From positions 146,944-210,943 of the forward strand of contig WELB01000020.1 of NCBI GenBank assembly GCA_009602725.1: 64,000 bases of DNA, given 5' to 3'. The translations under genes and the position numbers were made by a program. Under the pieces are notes generated by a model. That model saw only the letters and a program-made list of their open reading frames with translations. It was not told where the DNA came from and ran no database searches. This DNA comes from Spirogloea muscicola. Taxonomy: Eukaryota. Below are positions 38,455 to 50,774 of this stretch, one piece after another (within the stretch, counting starts at the first letter, position 1; each line of letters starts with the position of its first letter).

Positions 38455-39590
38455 GCACCTTGTTCATTCCTTTTGGGCTGGCCTCTTGCAGCCATCGCCT
38501 TACTTGGAAGAGCTGGTCTCTCTTTGCAGCCGGGGGTGGCCGTTCGCTTGGGCGAGGGGCAGGTCGGCCCACCTTGGGTCGGCGGAGGCGTCGTCAACGC
38601 AGAAGCAGCACCCTGATCACAATCGGCACCGCCAAGCGCTCACTCCACCGTCACCTGTTGCGCTTTCGTGTCAGGGTATTCCCCCTGACCTTGTCCACCT
38701 GGTTTCTAAAATTATCGACTCCTTTGGACCTTGTGCAATCTTCTGAGGGCTGGCTTTTACAGCCCTCGTCCCCTTCGGAAGAGCTGCTCCTTCTGTCCAC
38801 CCTCGTGCCCTGACTGCCACCTCCGAGTAGCGGCAGGGGGACTGCCATCCGTCCTACATTTCCAGCTCCTACAATGTGCAACTTGCTGCTGCTAACCAGG
38901 ATTTACTGAGCGCCCATCCTTAGTGATTGCTTGTTTTACTATGTGCTAACCAGTTTTGCTTTGGACCTTTGTGTCCTTCTGTGGGCTGGACCTTCACAGC
39001 CCTCGCCCTTCTGTGAAGGAAATCATGCTTCCGGTCCACTCTCTTTGGGCTGGCCTTTACAGCCTGGCTACTTTGGACCTTGTTCACTCTTTGGTGGGCT
39101 GGCCTTTCACAGTCCTCGCCCCCTCTAGAAGAGCTTATCCAATCTGGAAGCGCTGCTTATTCCCCAGCCTTGGACCTTGTCATTCTTCTTAAGGGCTGGC
39201 TTTCCACAGCATTTCACAATTCCTTTGACAGTATCTTCTGCAGAAGTGCTGCTACTTTGCAGCCCTCTGCGCCCTCTGTAGGTGTGGATGTGCTTGCCTT
39301 TGTACTCGGCCACTATTGAGCACCCAGTGGCCACTTCAGCCGCTGCGTGCTTTGGCTCTGTTCTGGGCCCTGCAAACTTCGTTCGTTCTTGTTCTGGGCT
39401 GGCCAATCACAGCCATCGCCCTCTACTGGAAGAGTCTCCCACTGGACCTTGTCAAGTCTTTTCGGTGCATTCGTTGGGCTGGCCTCTCACAGCCACTGCT
39501 CTCAATCTGGACGCGCTGCTGCTTCTTCCCCGTCCGGGCTGGCTGTTCACAGCCCTTGCGCCCTTTGACAGAGCCACGTTCTTCTTCCCA
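38455..39590 (+). repeat. Head-to-tail array of about 9 retroelement 3'-terminal units upstream of CAS
   Basis: The repeated unit is (GGA)CCTTGT..TTC..GGGCTGG(Y)nCAGCC..GGAAGAGC/GAGCC..TTCTT, near 38455, 38725, 38962, 39035, 39075, 39172, 39385, 39444 and 39535, all on +. Confidence 0.85.
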
Positions 39591-39726
39591 TCTTCCCATC
39601 GCTCAGTACACGCTTCATGAGCTGCTGCTGCGTTCGTGCAGTGCTTCTCCCGTGTCTTCTGGCCACGAGCTGCAGAAGCCCCCCGCCAAGACCAGCGCCG
39701 TCCCCCCCCCCATCCGTCCAGCCGCC

Positions 39727-42725
39727 ATGGTGCACGCGCCCTGCCGCGCCCTCCCCGCTGCGCCGCCGCGGCCCAGGTGGGTCCCTGCTCGCTGCCTGCC
39801 TCCAGCTCCTACGCCCGCCTGCAGCTCCCGTTGCCTGAGCCGCGACCTGAGCTTGCACTGCCTGCTCTGCGCCAAGCCCCCTCCCGGATGCCTGTTGCAG
39901 GGACCTTGGGCTTCTGAGCAGCTGCCGGGCCAGCCCCTTCCTGGGAGCGCGGACCGCGACTCTCCGCGCGGGCTCCGTGCGCCGGCCAGGTAGCTGCTCC
40001 TCGCTCGCCTCGCCCAGCAGGGTGTGGCAGCCCGGCAGCTGTGTAGCCACAGTATGACAGCTGAGCTGAGCGCTGCCAATCAGCACCTGGTTTCCCGGTC
40101 ACCTGTGCACCTCTAGCCCGCCTTCATGCTGGCAGCTACCGGCACACCAGCCATTTGCAGCAGCTGTCAGCGTCGAGCATCTTATTGCTGATAGCAAGGG
40201 AGGCCGCGCGAAGGGCTGGCTCGCTGCCATGCTTCCCTCAGCAGCCCGGCAGGCGCTACAGGTGTGGGACAGGCATAAATTCTCGGAAGGCCTCTGGCTG
40301 AGGGTGGTCACGAAGTTGCTTGCCTGCAGCTCGCAGCACTGGCGCTGCAAGACCCCACGCACAAGCAAGCCATGACCCGGCACGGCAAGCGGCCAAAGTG
40401 GCCACATTGACGGCCGCGCTGGGGCTGGCCGCCATGCCAGCACCCGCCTCAGCTGTGGATGCCCAGCAAGTCACTGATGCCTTCAACAAGGTCGCTCACG
40501 TTCTTTGCCCTGTTGCATGACAGCAGCTTTCATGCAGCCCAGTACATATGTATGTCTCTAACAAAGCCTACATGTCCTTTTACCCCTTCCCTTGCCAACT
40601 GCCTCGCCTGCCAGGTCCAGGCAACTTACCAACAGGTATCAGCAGTGACAGAGACAGTTTTCAGCACTGCAAAGGCTGTACTCGAACAGCTTCTAGCAGT
40701 GCTTCGACCAGCCGTCGATGCAGCCTCACCAGTAGTGCAGGGCGCAGCCCAGATAGCCATCAAGGCTGCTGGTCCACTTGCCTCGGATGTTGCAGGTACT
40801 GTCAGCACCTATGCATCTCCTCAGTCCTGTCCCCTCTCCAAGGTCACAGAGCAACGGATGCTTAGGGCCCCGCGATGAGGAGTGAGTCTCACAGACCTCC
40901 GCTGTCCGTTGAAGAGGTTTCTGCTCTTGCCCTCTTCAATCTTGCAGCTCAAGCACAGAGGCTCTTCTCTGACGCTGGAGTCGACACAAAGCCTGCTCTG
41001 GAGATTGCCAAGGTGCAATGCCGTGGGGACTTGTGCAAGCCACAGAGGCAACTCCAAGATGGTAGCATTTACTTGTCACTAAGGGCCACTTCTTGTTTGC
41101 TTCTGCTCAACAAGTCCTAAGGAAAGCTCTGAACGCCTTTCTCTCATTCAAGGTATTTTCTTCTGCTTCATTTCTATTGTCAAACAGACAGCAGTTGGTG
41201 TTGCGGGAACGGCTGCTCAGCAGTCTGTCAAAGTAGTGGAGGCCGCAGCTCCGGCTGCAGGCTCCGCAGTGTCCAAGGTCCTCTCGGCTGACCCGCTGAC
41301 ATTGGCGGAAGGGGGAGGAGCTCTTCTGGTGCTCTACTTGCTTGCCCCGTCCCTCACCTCTGCTATAGGCTACAGATTCCGCGGGTTTGGAGGTATTGAC
41401 TCTATTGCTTGGCCATCTAGCCTTGTGCACGGAGGAAGGATCATTGTTTGATGACACACACGCATAGTGCTTTTGGCAATATCTGCTGTGTGGATCTTGC
41501 TTCATCGCACTCATGTCCGGTGCCTGTGATATCAGGAATCCTGGAGGCGGCACAGGCTCTAGATATCCTCACAAAGCAAGAGTGCTTGCTTGTGGACGTG
41601 CGACAAGAAAAGGAGAAAGCCAAATCTGGCAGTCCCAGCTTGCCACGGAGTGCAAGGCGGAAGCTTCTTGCTCTCCCGTCAGTGTTTTCTCAATTTCTAG
41701 CTGGTTCTCTCAATGCCTGTTGCTGACATACTTCACGCACAGAAATCCATCACATCGTGAGGGTCAAGCACTGCAAACGGTGGTGACAGGGTGGAGGAGC
41801 TCCCTGGAAAGCTGCGGGGCCAGCTGCGAGATGCAAAGCGAGTGGAGGCCGAGCTTACAGCTATCAAGATATCCTCGCTGAAGAGGGTTACTAAGGGTTC
41901 CAAACTCATTATCATAGACTCGTAAGCAAGTTAATAAGCCACCTATCTCCACTTGTTCCAGCTGCTGCCTTGCAGCATACACTGTGGATGAGCCTGTATG
42001 TCCACCCTGTTGATTCTTTTAAGTAGGTCAAGCTTCAACATCTGACTCATGCAATCTAGACAACAACTGGTTGCAGCAACGGCAGCATGTCAAAAAAGGT
42101 GGCCAAGTCGCTTTCAGCCTTGGGATACAAGAAAGCATACATTGTGCGAGATGGTGTGGAAGGAGGGAAGGGTTGGATCCAGAGCCGTCTGGAGACTGAG
42201 CCATACAACCAATCATCCTTTGAAATTCTTTCACCCTCCAGGTTGACTCCTGTCTTTGTGGCTTCTGATGTCCAGCAAGCCAACCTTTTGTGCTGCTACT
42301 ACTCTCAGTCAGAATCAGAAAGCTGGTCAAGCCTTAGCTGGTAGCGCAAGAGCTTGTCGATTGCCGTCAGGTATTCGGGCATCAATTAGCGACCTCTATG
42401 TGCTGACTCGTGGTTACTGAGCGGGTCAGCTTAGCAGCAGGTGATGTACTTTTGTCAACGTACTTGCCTTTGTACTTGGCCACACAGGCCCTCCATCTCT
42501 TTATACACACTCCATTCTCAGTCTAAGCTTGGTGAATGTGGGCACTGGCTGCACTGATGCTGAAGACTTTGTACTTGCTCCTATCTTGGCAGAGTCATAC
42601 CTGCAGCAGGTTCTGCTCTTAAGCGACTTGGTTCAGGCTCAGGGAAAGCAAGCGTTGCCGAAGTGGTGGATGTGGTCTCTCGCAACCCTCTCCAGAAGCT
42701 CCTCCCAGGCAGCGCCGAAGACTGA
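39727..42725 (+). CDS. CAS: Chloroplast calcium-sensing receptor (thylakoid, rhodanese-like domain)
   Basis: Lumenal signal ..AMPAPASA; GVDTKP; TM segment GGALLVLYLLAP; RGFG|GILEAAQALDIL..LLVDVRQEKEK..SP.LP; VEAELTAIKISSLKRV.KGS; GGKGWIQSRL; ILSPSR|VIPAA..KLLPGSAED*. Confidence 0.92.
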
Positions 42726-43844
42726 AGCACCAGCTCATTGAATGGATTTTTCGACTCCACGACCAGTCTCAGGCGTCTCGGTTATATCATAGCATGACTC
42801 ATTTACCACTCACCAAGCACTTCTCACAAGTGATGATTGCAGTTGCGGCTTCGGGCTACTGCATCATGTCACATGGCAGGTTCTGCAGCAAATGTCAGTG
42901 GGCCCCTCATCCATCCAAGCGAAGGAACCCATAGCTGTCCCCAGCTGATACACAATGATTGTCTTGAGGAGCAGCTACTGCAAGCCTTAATGGTCCTGCG
43001 AGATCACGAGCTTGTCTTGCACTTCTGCTGGCCAGAGCGTGCACCCTTTCTGCAGGTAGCTTGGATCTTTGGTAGCATTTACCACCATATATCACTATGG
43101 TGACCTGAGTTGCACCAATATGGCGTCTCGAACTCGACGGAACGCGCGAGAGATGGCCTGAAAACGTGATCAATTGCAAACTTAAGCTTTCAAAGGCTAC
43201 TGGTCAAGCTTTCCCAAGATGCCCTGCATTTCATGTTTCATCACGGTTTCACTCTGCCTGCAATTCTGCAAGCAGAGTGCTGTTGACATGGAGGCTGTTG
43301 AGGTTACTCTTAGGGAAGGCTGGGTGTAGGGGATGGCAGCTCGGGGATTTCCGACCATGCTTCCAAATGCCAGCGTCAAAGGGTGCAGCTGCTCCTTGTA
43401 TAAGAGGTACCTGCGCTGGATCTAATATAGCAGCAGCTACACACAAAGTTCAGCTTGACATGATGCTACCATGATGTGTACACGAGCTTGCATGCATGTA
43501 GCTTGCAACTGGAATGAGCCAAGCAGTGCACCTCCAAGAGCAGGTAATGAAGTTGTGCTTGTGTGTCGTTCTTCACATGAAACTCCTCAGGCAAATGTTC
43601 TACAAGAGCGTACTTCTAGTCAGAGGCGTTTAGACTGCTGGAGTTCCATTTGTTGTAATTGTAATGTTGATTCCACTGATGACGAGATCCAAGAAGATGC
43701 ACAAGCTGCCACTCGAGCACATTGGTGCGGCATCTTGCCTCACCTCTGTCTGCAGGAGTTCCTTGCTGAGCAGGAGGAGCTCGATCTCCAGGACTGCAGG
43801 TTGCAAGTGCCGTGGATAGTGTAGCTGGGTGATTGTCTACTTGT

Positions 43845-46250
43845 TCACCTGTAAAAACATAATATACTAGCATACTGAAATTTGAGGCAGCAAAGCTTGC
43901 CTACCTGCAAACTTCACCCAGAATCTCCTGCGCTGCAGCAAAACATCTGTCAAAGTCAAGCTGCAAGAGGCCTGCAGCAAGGAACATGGGCAGGTGTCAT
44001 AGCCCAACCAGAGTAGCCCAACTGGACCATGAAAGTGACTGTAACACTTGCAGGCAAATCTGTCAGTCACTGCCAGTATGCCAGTCATCAATGCAGCTCA
44101 TGTGCTACCGTAAGTCATCCTCTTGCTGGGTCGAGAGGGGAACTTGGCTTTGTGAGAACCTGCAGTGCGTCGATTGCTGGCATTGCGGTAGACAAGGGCC
44201 CTGGGCACCCTTCTACGAGGGTCGCCTGGCAAAGCTTCAGGGATATCTGATAGGGTTGTCACCGACTGGTTGAGGCTGGTGATGCTGGGAAGCATGTTGG
44301 ACGATGAAGCTCTTGTCAAGCCCCCATTGAAGGCAACATGTGAGTGTCCACTGAGGCGATTGCTTCTCCTGAGACTCATGTGCCTCTTGGGGTCAGCAAG
44401 GCTGCTGAGCTTGGAGGTCAGCTGCAAGCTGCTCATGGGACCCTGTAAAGACATCTGCCTTCGCGCCTCCTCCTGCAACTCGACAACAGCAAGGGGGCTG
44501 CAGTGCTGAGTGGCCAACGTAACTAAGCAAGCATGTCCCATAGACTCAGCACTTGGTCTTGTGGAGAACCTTGCAATATGTTGATGGAGAGATAAGCATC
44601 TGCCACAGCTGCCTCTGGCCTTACTAACACTCAAAGGTCGATCACCCAATTCTGACCCTGCAGGCGTGTAGACCAAGAGCTTCTGAGTGGGCGAAAGTGG
44701 GAGGGTAGAGAGTTCTGCATACCTCGATGATGCCCACGCAGCAGGGCCTGGTTGAGCCCCTGGCGGTGGACAGTTTGCCTGGCCAAATCAAAGTCACTGC
44801 CATGACGGAATGACGCCACAACAAGCCTCCTATGGACGTACATGTGCGAGCATGCATTGCACTCGGGCTTGCACAGGCTGGCTGGCTTCAGAGGGGCTGC
44901 AAAAGGGACGACAGACGGTGGCATCGAGCTCTATGAGCCTCCTGCGGTGGGCTTCTACCTACTCAAAAGGGGTCGAGCTGGTCGGAGTGGAGGTGCAGGT
45001 GGCGGATACCCTGCATGTGAAGCCCCTCCTGCTGAAAGGGACTGCTTATCAAGCCTTGGGCCTCAGGTAAGTCGACAGAACATTGAAAGGGTCAAGTGTA
45101 GGTATTGGCAGCCTCTGAAGATGGCAAGGGCTTCTCTAGGAGCTGCTGCTGGCAACGTTGCCGGATGCAATAAATAATGGCATGACTGTGAAGGTAAGAA
45201 CATGCCCTGCAAGATCCTCGAATTGCGGCGAGCCAACGTAGACTACTTTGGAGGATCCTTATCCATGACGAGCACCATTGACCCTATTGGGTCCGATGAA
45301 AATTGTGCATGCTAGCAAGGGCATGGGGGGATGCGCTCGTGTGTATGATAGGGTGTGTATACTTTGAGGGAAGCAGACCTGACAAGACTGAGGATCCGCC
45401 ACTCAAGGGGTCAGCCATGTAGGGACAGCTCAGGGGCAGCGGCTGCAAGCTGCTGAGTGATGAGCTTTGGTAAAACGAGGTCAACTGTGACTCCTGCTCG
45501 CCCACCAAATAGCTGCCTTCGTCCTGCCACCGGACCAAAAGCGCCAGTGCATGTTGAGGATCATCCTGTGCGCCACTGGAATTGAGTGGACTTGCCGATG
45601 AGTGCAACGAGCTCAGCTGCACTGGTGTTTTTGCGAAGCAGTCGTGGCCGATTCCATGGCCAAGCATCCCTTGTGGAGCAGGCCCGTTCCTTGGCCATCA
45701 TCTCGGAGAACAGGAGGAGGCATGGACGCGAAGGCGCGGGCCATCGTACATGATGGCTGCCAATCTCCTCAGAGGCTGCAGGAGCTGTGGGGCTCATGGG
45801 AAAGCCGAGGCCGAGCAGATGCTCCAGGTGGCCTCTGCCTTCCAGCCCTGCGGCGCAGCACGGTGGCGCAACCGGTGGGGAAAGCAGGTGGAGGGTGGTG
45901 GTGTCAAGGGTCGTGATGCAGCTGATGCGGCACGTCGGTCGAGGCGGACTGCAGCAGCAGGCGGCCGGCGCGGCATGGCCAGGGGCGGCGCGCACCCCAG
46001 GGCGACAGCACGGGGGCATCGGCGTCCAGCCAGGCGAGGTCGTCGGGCGGCGCCTCGGCGCCCGCAGGCCACGCTGCGTCGTCCAGCGGCGGCTGCGACC
46101 GTGTGGCCGCGGCGTCCTCGGCGGACTCGGAGGGGGAGCGCGGCGCCAGCACCGAGTCCGCCGTCGGCTCGGGCTGCTCGGAGTCGGCGCCGCCGAGGCC
46201 CGTGCCGCCGCCGCCGGAGGAGGAGGGCGTGATAGAGGAGCGACGCAGGC
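43845..46250 (-). CDS. Possible unidentified low-complexity spliced gene
   Basis: Exon-like open segments with in-phase splice sites (..RNASNRRTA|GLLQLDFDRCFAAAQEILGEVC) and an acidic GC-rich stretch (DDLAWLDADAPVLSPWG). No family recognised. Confidence 0.3.
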
Positions 46251-46310
46251 GGCGCTTGCGGGTGGCGGCGGCGAGATGGGCAGCGGCGGCGGCGGCGATG
46301 CGGCGGCAAC

Positions 46311-46531
46311 CTGGAGGTGGCGGACATGAGGAGGCACTGGCAGGAGCGCGGGAGCTTGGGCGCGAGCGCCTGGAGGTCGGGCCGGTAGCCGTACGACAGC
46401 AGCAGGTCGGCCTCGTCCAGGACCAGCATGGCGAGGCGGCCGGCGTCCAGCAGGCCGGCGCGCAGGGCGGCCGTGAGGCGGCCGGGCGTGGCCACCAGCA
46501 GCTGCGGCGAGCCCGCCACCACGGCGGCCGC
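46311..46531 (-). CDS. Exon of a DEAD-box RNA helicase, DBP9/DDX56/RH16-like; remainder not found
   Basis: LLVATPGRL..LVLDEADLLLSYGY..LPRSCQCLLMSAT (motifs Ib, II, III), bounded by AG and GT. Upstream exons are presumably in the gap. Confidence 0.85.
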
Positions 46532-46688
46532 CTGCCCAGCGCGCCAGGGCTCAGGGTCAGGGTTTGGGGTTTAGGCCGTGAGGCGGGGCGGCAGCGCACA
46601 GCCGGAGCGGGGGTTTAAGCCATGAGGCGGGGCGGAGCTGGCGCGGCAAGGGGGGGAGGGCTGACCATGGCGGCGGCGGGCATGGGGG

Positions 46689-47491
46689 NNNNNNNNNNNN
46701 NNNNNNNNNNNNNNNNNNNNNNNNNNNNNNNNNNNNNNNNNNNNNNNNNNNNNNNNNNNNNNNNNNNNNNNNNNNNNNNNNNNNNNNNNNNNNNNNNNNN
46801 NNNNNNNNNNNNNNNNNNNNNNNNNNNNNNNNNNNNNNNNNNNNNNNNNNNNNNNNNNNNNNNNNNNNNNNNNNNNNNNNNNNNNNNNNNNNNNNNNNNN
46901 NNNNNNNNNNNNNNNNNNNNNNNNNNNNNNNNNNNNNNNNNNNNNNNNNNNNNNNNNNNNNNNNNNNNNNNNNNNNNNNNNNNNNNNNNNNNNNNNNNNN
47001 NNNNNNNNNNNNNNNNNNNNNNNNNNNNNNNNNNNNNNNNNNNNNNNNNNNNNNNNNNNNNNNNNNNNNNNNNNNNNNNNNNNNNNNNNNNNNNNNNNNN
47101 NNNNNNNNNNNNNNNNNNNNNNNNNNNNNNNNNNNNNNNNNNNNNNNNNNNNNNNNNNNNNNNNNNNNNNNNNNNNNNNNNNNNNNNNNNNNNNNNNNNN
47201 NNNNNNNNNNNNNNNNNNNNNNNNNNNNNNNNNNNNNNNNNNNNNNNNNNNNNNNNNNNNNNNNNNNNNNNNNNNNNNNNNNNNNNNNNNNNNNNNNNNN
47301 NNNNNNNNNNNNNNNNNNNNNNNNNNNNNNNNNNNNNNNNNNNNNNNNNNNNNNNNNNNNNNNNNNNNNNNNNNNNNNNNNNNNNNNNNNNNNNNNNNNN
47401 NNNNNNNNNNNNNNNNNNNNNNNNNNNNNNNNNNNNNNNNNNNNNNNNNNNNNNNNNNNNNNNNNNNNNNNNNNNNNNNNNNNNNNNNNNN
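46689..47491. other. Assembly gap (N run)
   Basis: Run of N. Confidence 1.
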
Positions 47492-48334
47492 GCATTCATG
47501 CCGCCCGGCACCTCCGCCGCCCTGCCCGGCCCTCCTCACCCCCGCCCGCCATCCTTCAATCACTCAATACACACTCCATCGCCAGCCCCCGCCGCTCGCG
47601 CCCCCGGGCCTGCTCGTGCGCCCTCGCCGCCGAGCCCGAGGGACAGGCGCGCTCGCCCGCCTCGCACGTCAGGCTGTCGCCTGTCCTCCGCACCGCTCGA
47701 CCGGCCGACAGCTCGTTTCCACACTGCCTCGCTCTCCCATGAACGTCACCGAGGTGCGACACCGTTTCCGTGGCCCGGCTGCAGCCTCTCCAGATGACCA
47801 TGCAGGACGGACAGCTGGCCAAATGCCTGCTGCGATTGCTGACGACACGCCAGTTCGGCGTGCACGTACCCGTGACGTCTGCACAGTAAAGAGGCCGAGA
47901 TAGCATCATCCAGTACCAAATGGACCACGATTGAGAACACAGTAACATGCTGTGCAGTAGTGATACCTACCAACAGCATCTACCAAACGTATGCTGTCCA
48001 CTTCGCTCCATCTATCGATCGAGCAACAATCATCAATCAGACCGTAAATCTGCCAGTAGCTCGAATTGGCCCGACATGCTTTGAGAGTTTATGTTCCATT
48101 CTCATTCACTGCATTGTATTTGTTGAATAGCACTTTCACTTCTCGATGTTCTGGCCATCGAGTCAGCTTCATCTAGTGACTCTTGCCTGTGTGGTGGATC
48201 TTAACACCTGACTCTACCTTCTCGAAATAAGAAATTGCTTCTTTGCTTGTGTGTGCTGCACACAAAGCACGTCGCTGCAGTACAAGCCATTTCTTCATCT
48301 AGCAGCGAGTATGAAGGAAGAGGTAGCCCCATAT

Positions 48335-48977
48335 AGATGGCCAAGCGCATGCGGTACACCTGCGCTAGCGACCCTGCTGCATGGGAGTCCACCGGCTCCC
48401 CATGGAAGCGGCGGACAATGGCGTGGCGTGAGAGCTGGTTGAGCAGCTCGAGCCACCGAGCGCCCAGCGCCCCGTGCGTATCGATGGCGAGCGGGAAGAA
48501 CTCGTCTTCCCGCGAGTGATCTGCGTAATTGAGCTCCTTGGCCCGAGCCGCGCAGGCTACTGCATACCCAGCCTTGGTGGCACAACTGGGCTGAGTGTGA
48601 GCGGTCATATGAGTCAGTCGTCACCACGTCCAGGAGAACACGTGGCCCGCCGGCTGGTGGGGTGGCCACAAGGTCGACGCGACGAGCGTGGAGACCGTCG
48701 GCCCGTTGCAGAGGTCTATGGCCCGCGCGCTGCACCTGCGTGCAGGCAGAGCCCTCGCTGCTGCCTCTGGCTCTGGCCAGGGGACCCGCTCCCAGGAACC
48801 CAGTCTCTCAGACCTGAGACTGCTTAGCAGGGGTTACTGAGTGCTTCGTAGCTGCTTCGTTTCTTTTTAGTGCTTGTTATTCTTCGTACTTCCCCTGGCC
48901 CCTTCTCGTCCTTTGTTCATTCTTTTCTGGGCTGGCTTTTTCCAGCCCCTATTCTCAATGGGCGAGCCCTTCTCTCT
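48335..48977 (+). mobile_element. RLE non-LTR retrotransposon copy with an inverted 5' segment (48335-48703) and CATATAG target-site duplication
   Basis: The minus segment encodes RRVDLV..LLDVVTTD/..AARAKELNY..EFFPLAIDTHGALG..RMRLAI. The plus segment continues SLQRSMARALHLRAGR..SDLRLLSRGY* and then the 3' UTR hairpin. CATATAG occurs at 48330-48336 and 48978-48984. Confidence 0.9.
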
Positions 48978-50774
48978 CATATAGGTTCTAGCCGATCCAC
49001 ATAGTTGCAACTCTTCCCTAATGTGTTCCGTCCCTGTTAGCGTCCGTGAATCGTAATGCCAGGAGGTGGGCTTAGAAGCAGCCATACTGGACACTCGGCG
49101 TTCTGCTTCTACTCCCGCCAAAGACTAGTAGAACTATGACTCCACAAGAAGAAGTCCTACACGGTACTAACAAACTCCAATACTAGTCTCTGAAATTGTG
49201 CTGCCTTGCTTGTACTGTGATTTGCCACTTTAGCATATGTGTAACTCGGCCCAACTTGGGCTTGCTTAGAAGTGCAACCTACCACAGCATCTGCATGCAT
49301 GGTATGGGTAAGTCGTCCATATATTTCTGTTGAGTATCGTATAAAAGTTGAACAGAGCAATCAATCTATCAAGTCACCGCACGCACGGTTGTGCATCTAC
49401 TTTTTAAGCGCCTGTTTGCTGGTGGCAGCAACCTGCAAATAGGACGTGTGCTGGACGTCCACGAGAGGGTGAACAGCAGACTGCCCTGCCAACGCTGGCT
49501 GGCCTTACCGCAACCCTTGGCAAGTGGGTCACAACTGTCGGCCACCAAGGTGTGCAATTGGATGGGCATTATCAAGGGCTGCAGGCGGAAGGGGCGCAGT
49601 ACTTAACGCAGTGGATCAGCTGGCGCTGATCAACGTGTCAAGGTGATACTCACCAGCCAGAGCCACTTGTGCACTTTGGATGGTCTATTGCTGCCGCCCT
49701 TCGGGAGAGCTTTGCGTGCAGCTTTGCGTGAAGTTGTCAACATTAATTTGTCCTCGAGCAGGCTATCAGTTGCTTTAAAAAGTCGACAGCAGCTCGACAA
49801 CAAGCATTGGGACCATGCTGGGCGCACTACCGGCGAACCGCCTGCCGCACGTGGGCATGTTTGTTCTGGCTTCTGTTTGCACCCAGGGACTTTATTGTCA
49901 GGTCTTTGACGCTGTTGCGAGCATCGGTACCACCAATAACGATGCTGTTGGAGGAGGGGTGGGGCCGTTGGAGGGCTGCTGTGCCTGCAGCGCGGCACAA
50001 TATAGGGGGATGGGGCTTACACGTATGGTGGCAGGGTGGGCACGACGGCTAGGTAAAAGGCAGAGCACTTTCTGCTACTGCGTACACGCCTCCATGCCTG
50101 CCGACTGACCGGACCTGCAGGCGAGGAGGCGCAGGAAGAGTCACTACAGAAATCGACCTCTGCCGTGGGTACTGGTGGCCCCTTGGACTTGGGCCGGCAC
50201 TGCGGGTCGGGCAGCTCGGATTAGATGACAAAAAGGTTGACAAGGGTGCTGCCAGGAGAAGGGACGCCTATGATCAATCGGTGAGGAAGCAAGGTGCTCC
50301 TGCACGAGAGGTCTTGCCCAAGACGGAGCTCTAGCAGATGCCAGCGAGCGGACAGGGCAAGGAGTCTGATTCTTGGTGGAGGTCGTACTGGAAGGCGAGA
50401 GGGTCCGGCTGCTAATACAAAGGGGTCGGCTCTGAAAGCCAGCCGAGTGCACACAGAGGGTGTATGAACGCGTCAACACCATGCGCAGCCGCAGGGTGGG
50501 CAACAGGGCTCACGCAGTATCCCCGTGTCCGCAGTGGGGCACCAGAGGAGGCGAGGGGAGGGAGGAGGAAGGCCGCGGCGCAAAGCCAGAGGTTGCAGCC
50601 GTGGCACCGACGGCACGGCGGTGCGAAGCAAACGGGGGAGAAACGTGGGAGGGAGCCAGGAAGGGAGAGTGGTACGAGGACCCCGGGTGGCGGCTGTGGG
50701 ACCTCTCCGTCGGGCCTGACGTCAGCCGCCTCCCCGGAGGCCAGCGCCCCGCCGCCGCCGCCGCCGCCGTCGCC

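Noticed and set aside
38455..39590. CRISPR array
   Set aside because: The repeats are degenerate, the spacers are very uneven, there are no cas genes and the context is eukaryotic. The same unit forms the 3' end of retroelement fragments elsewhere in the window.
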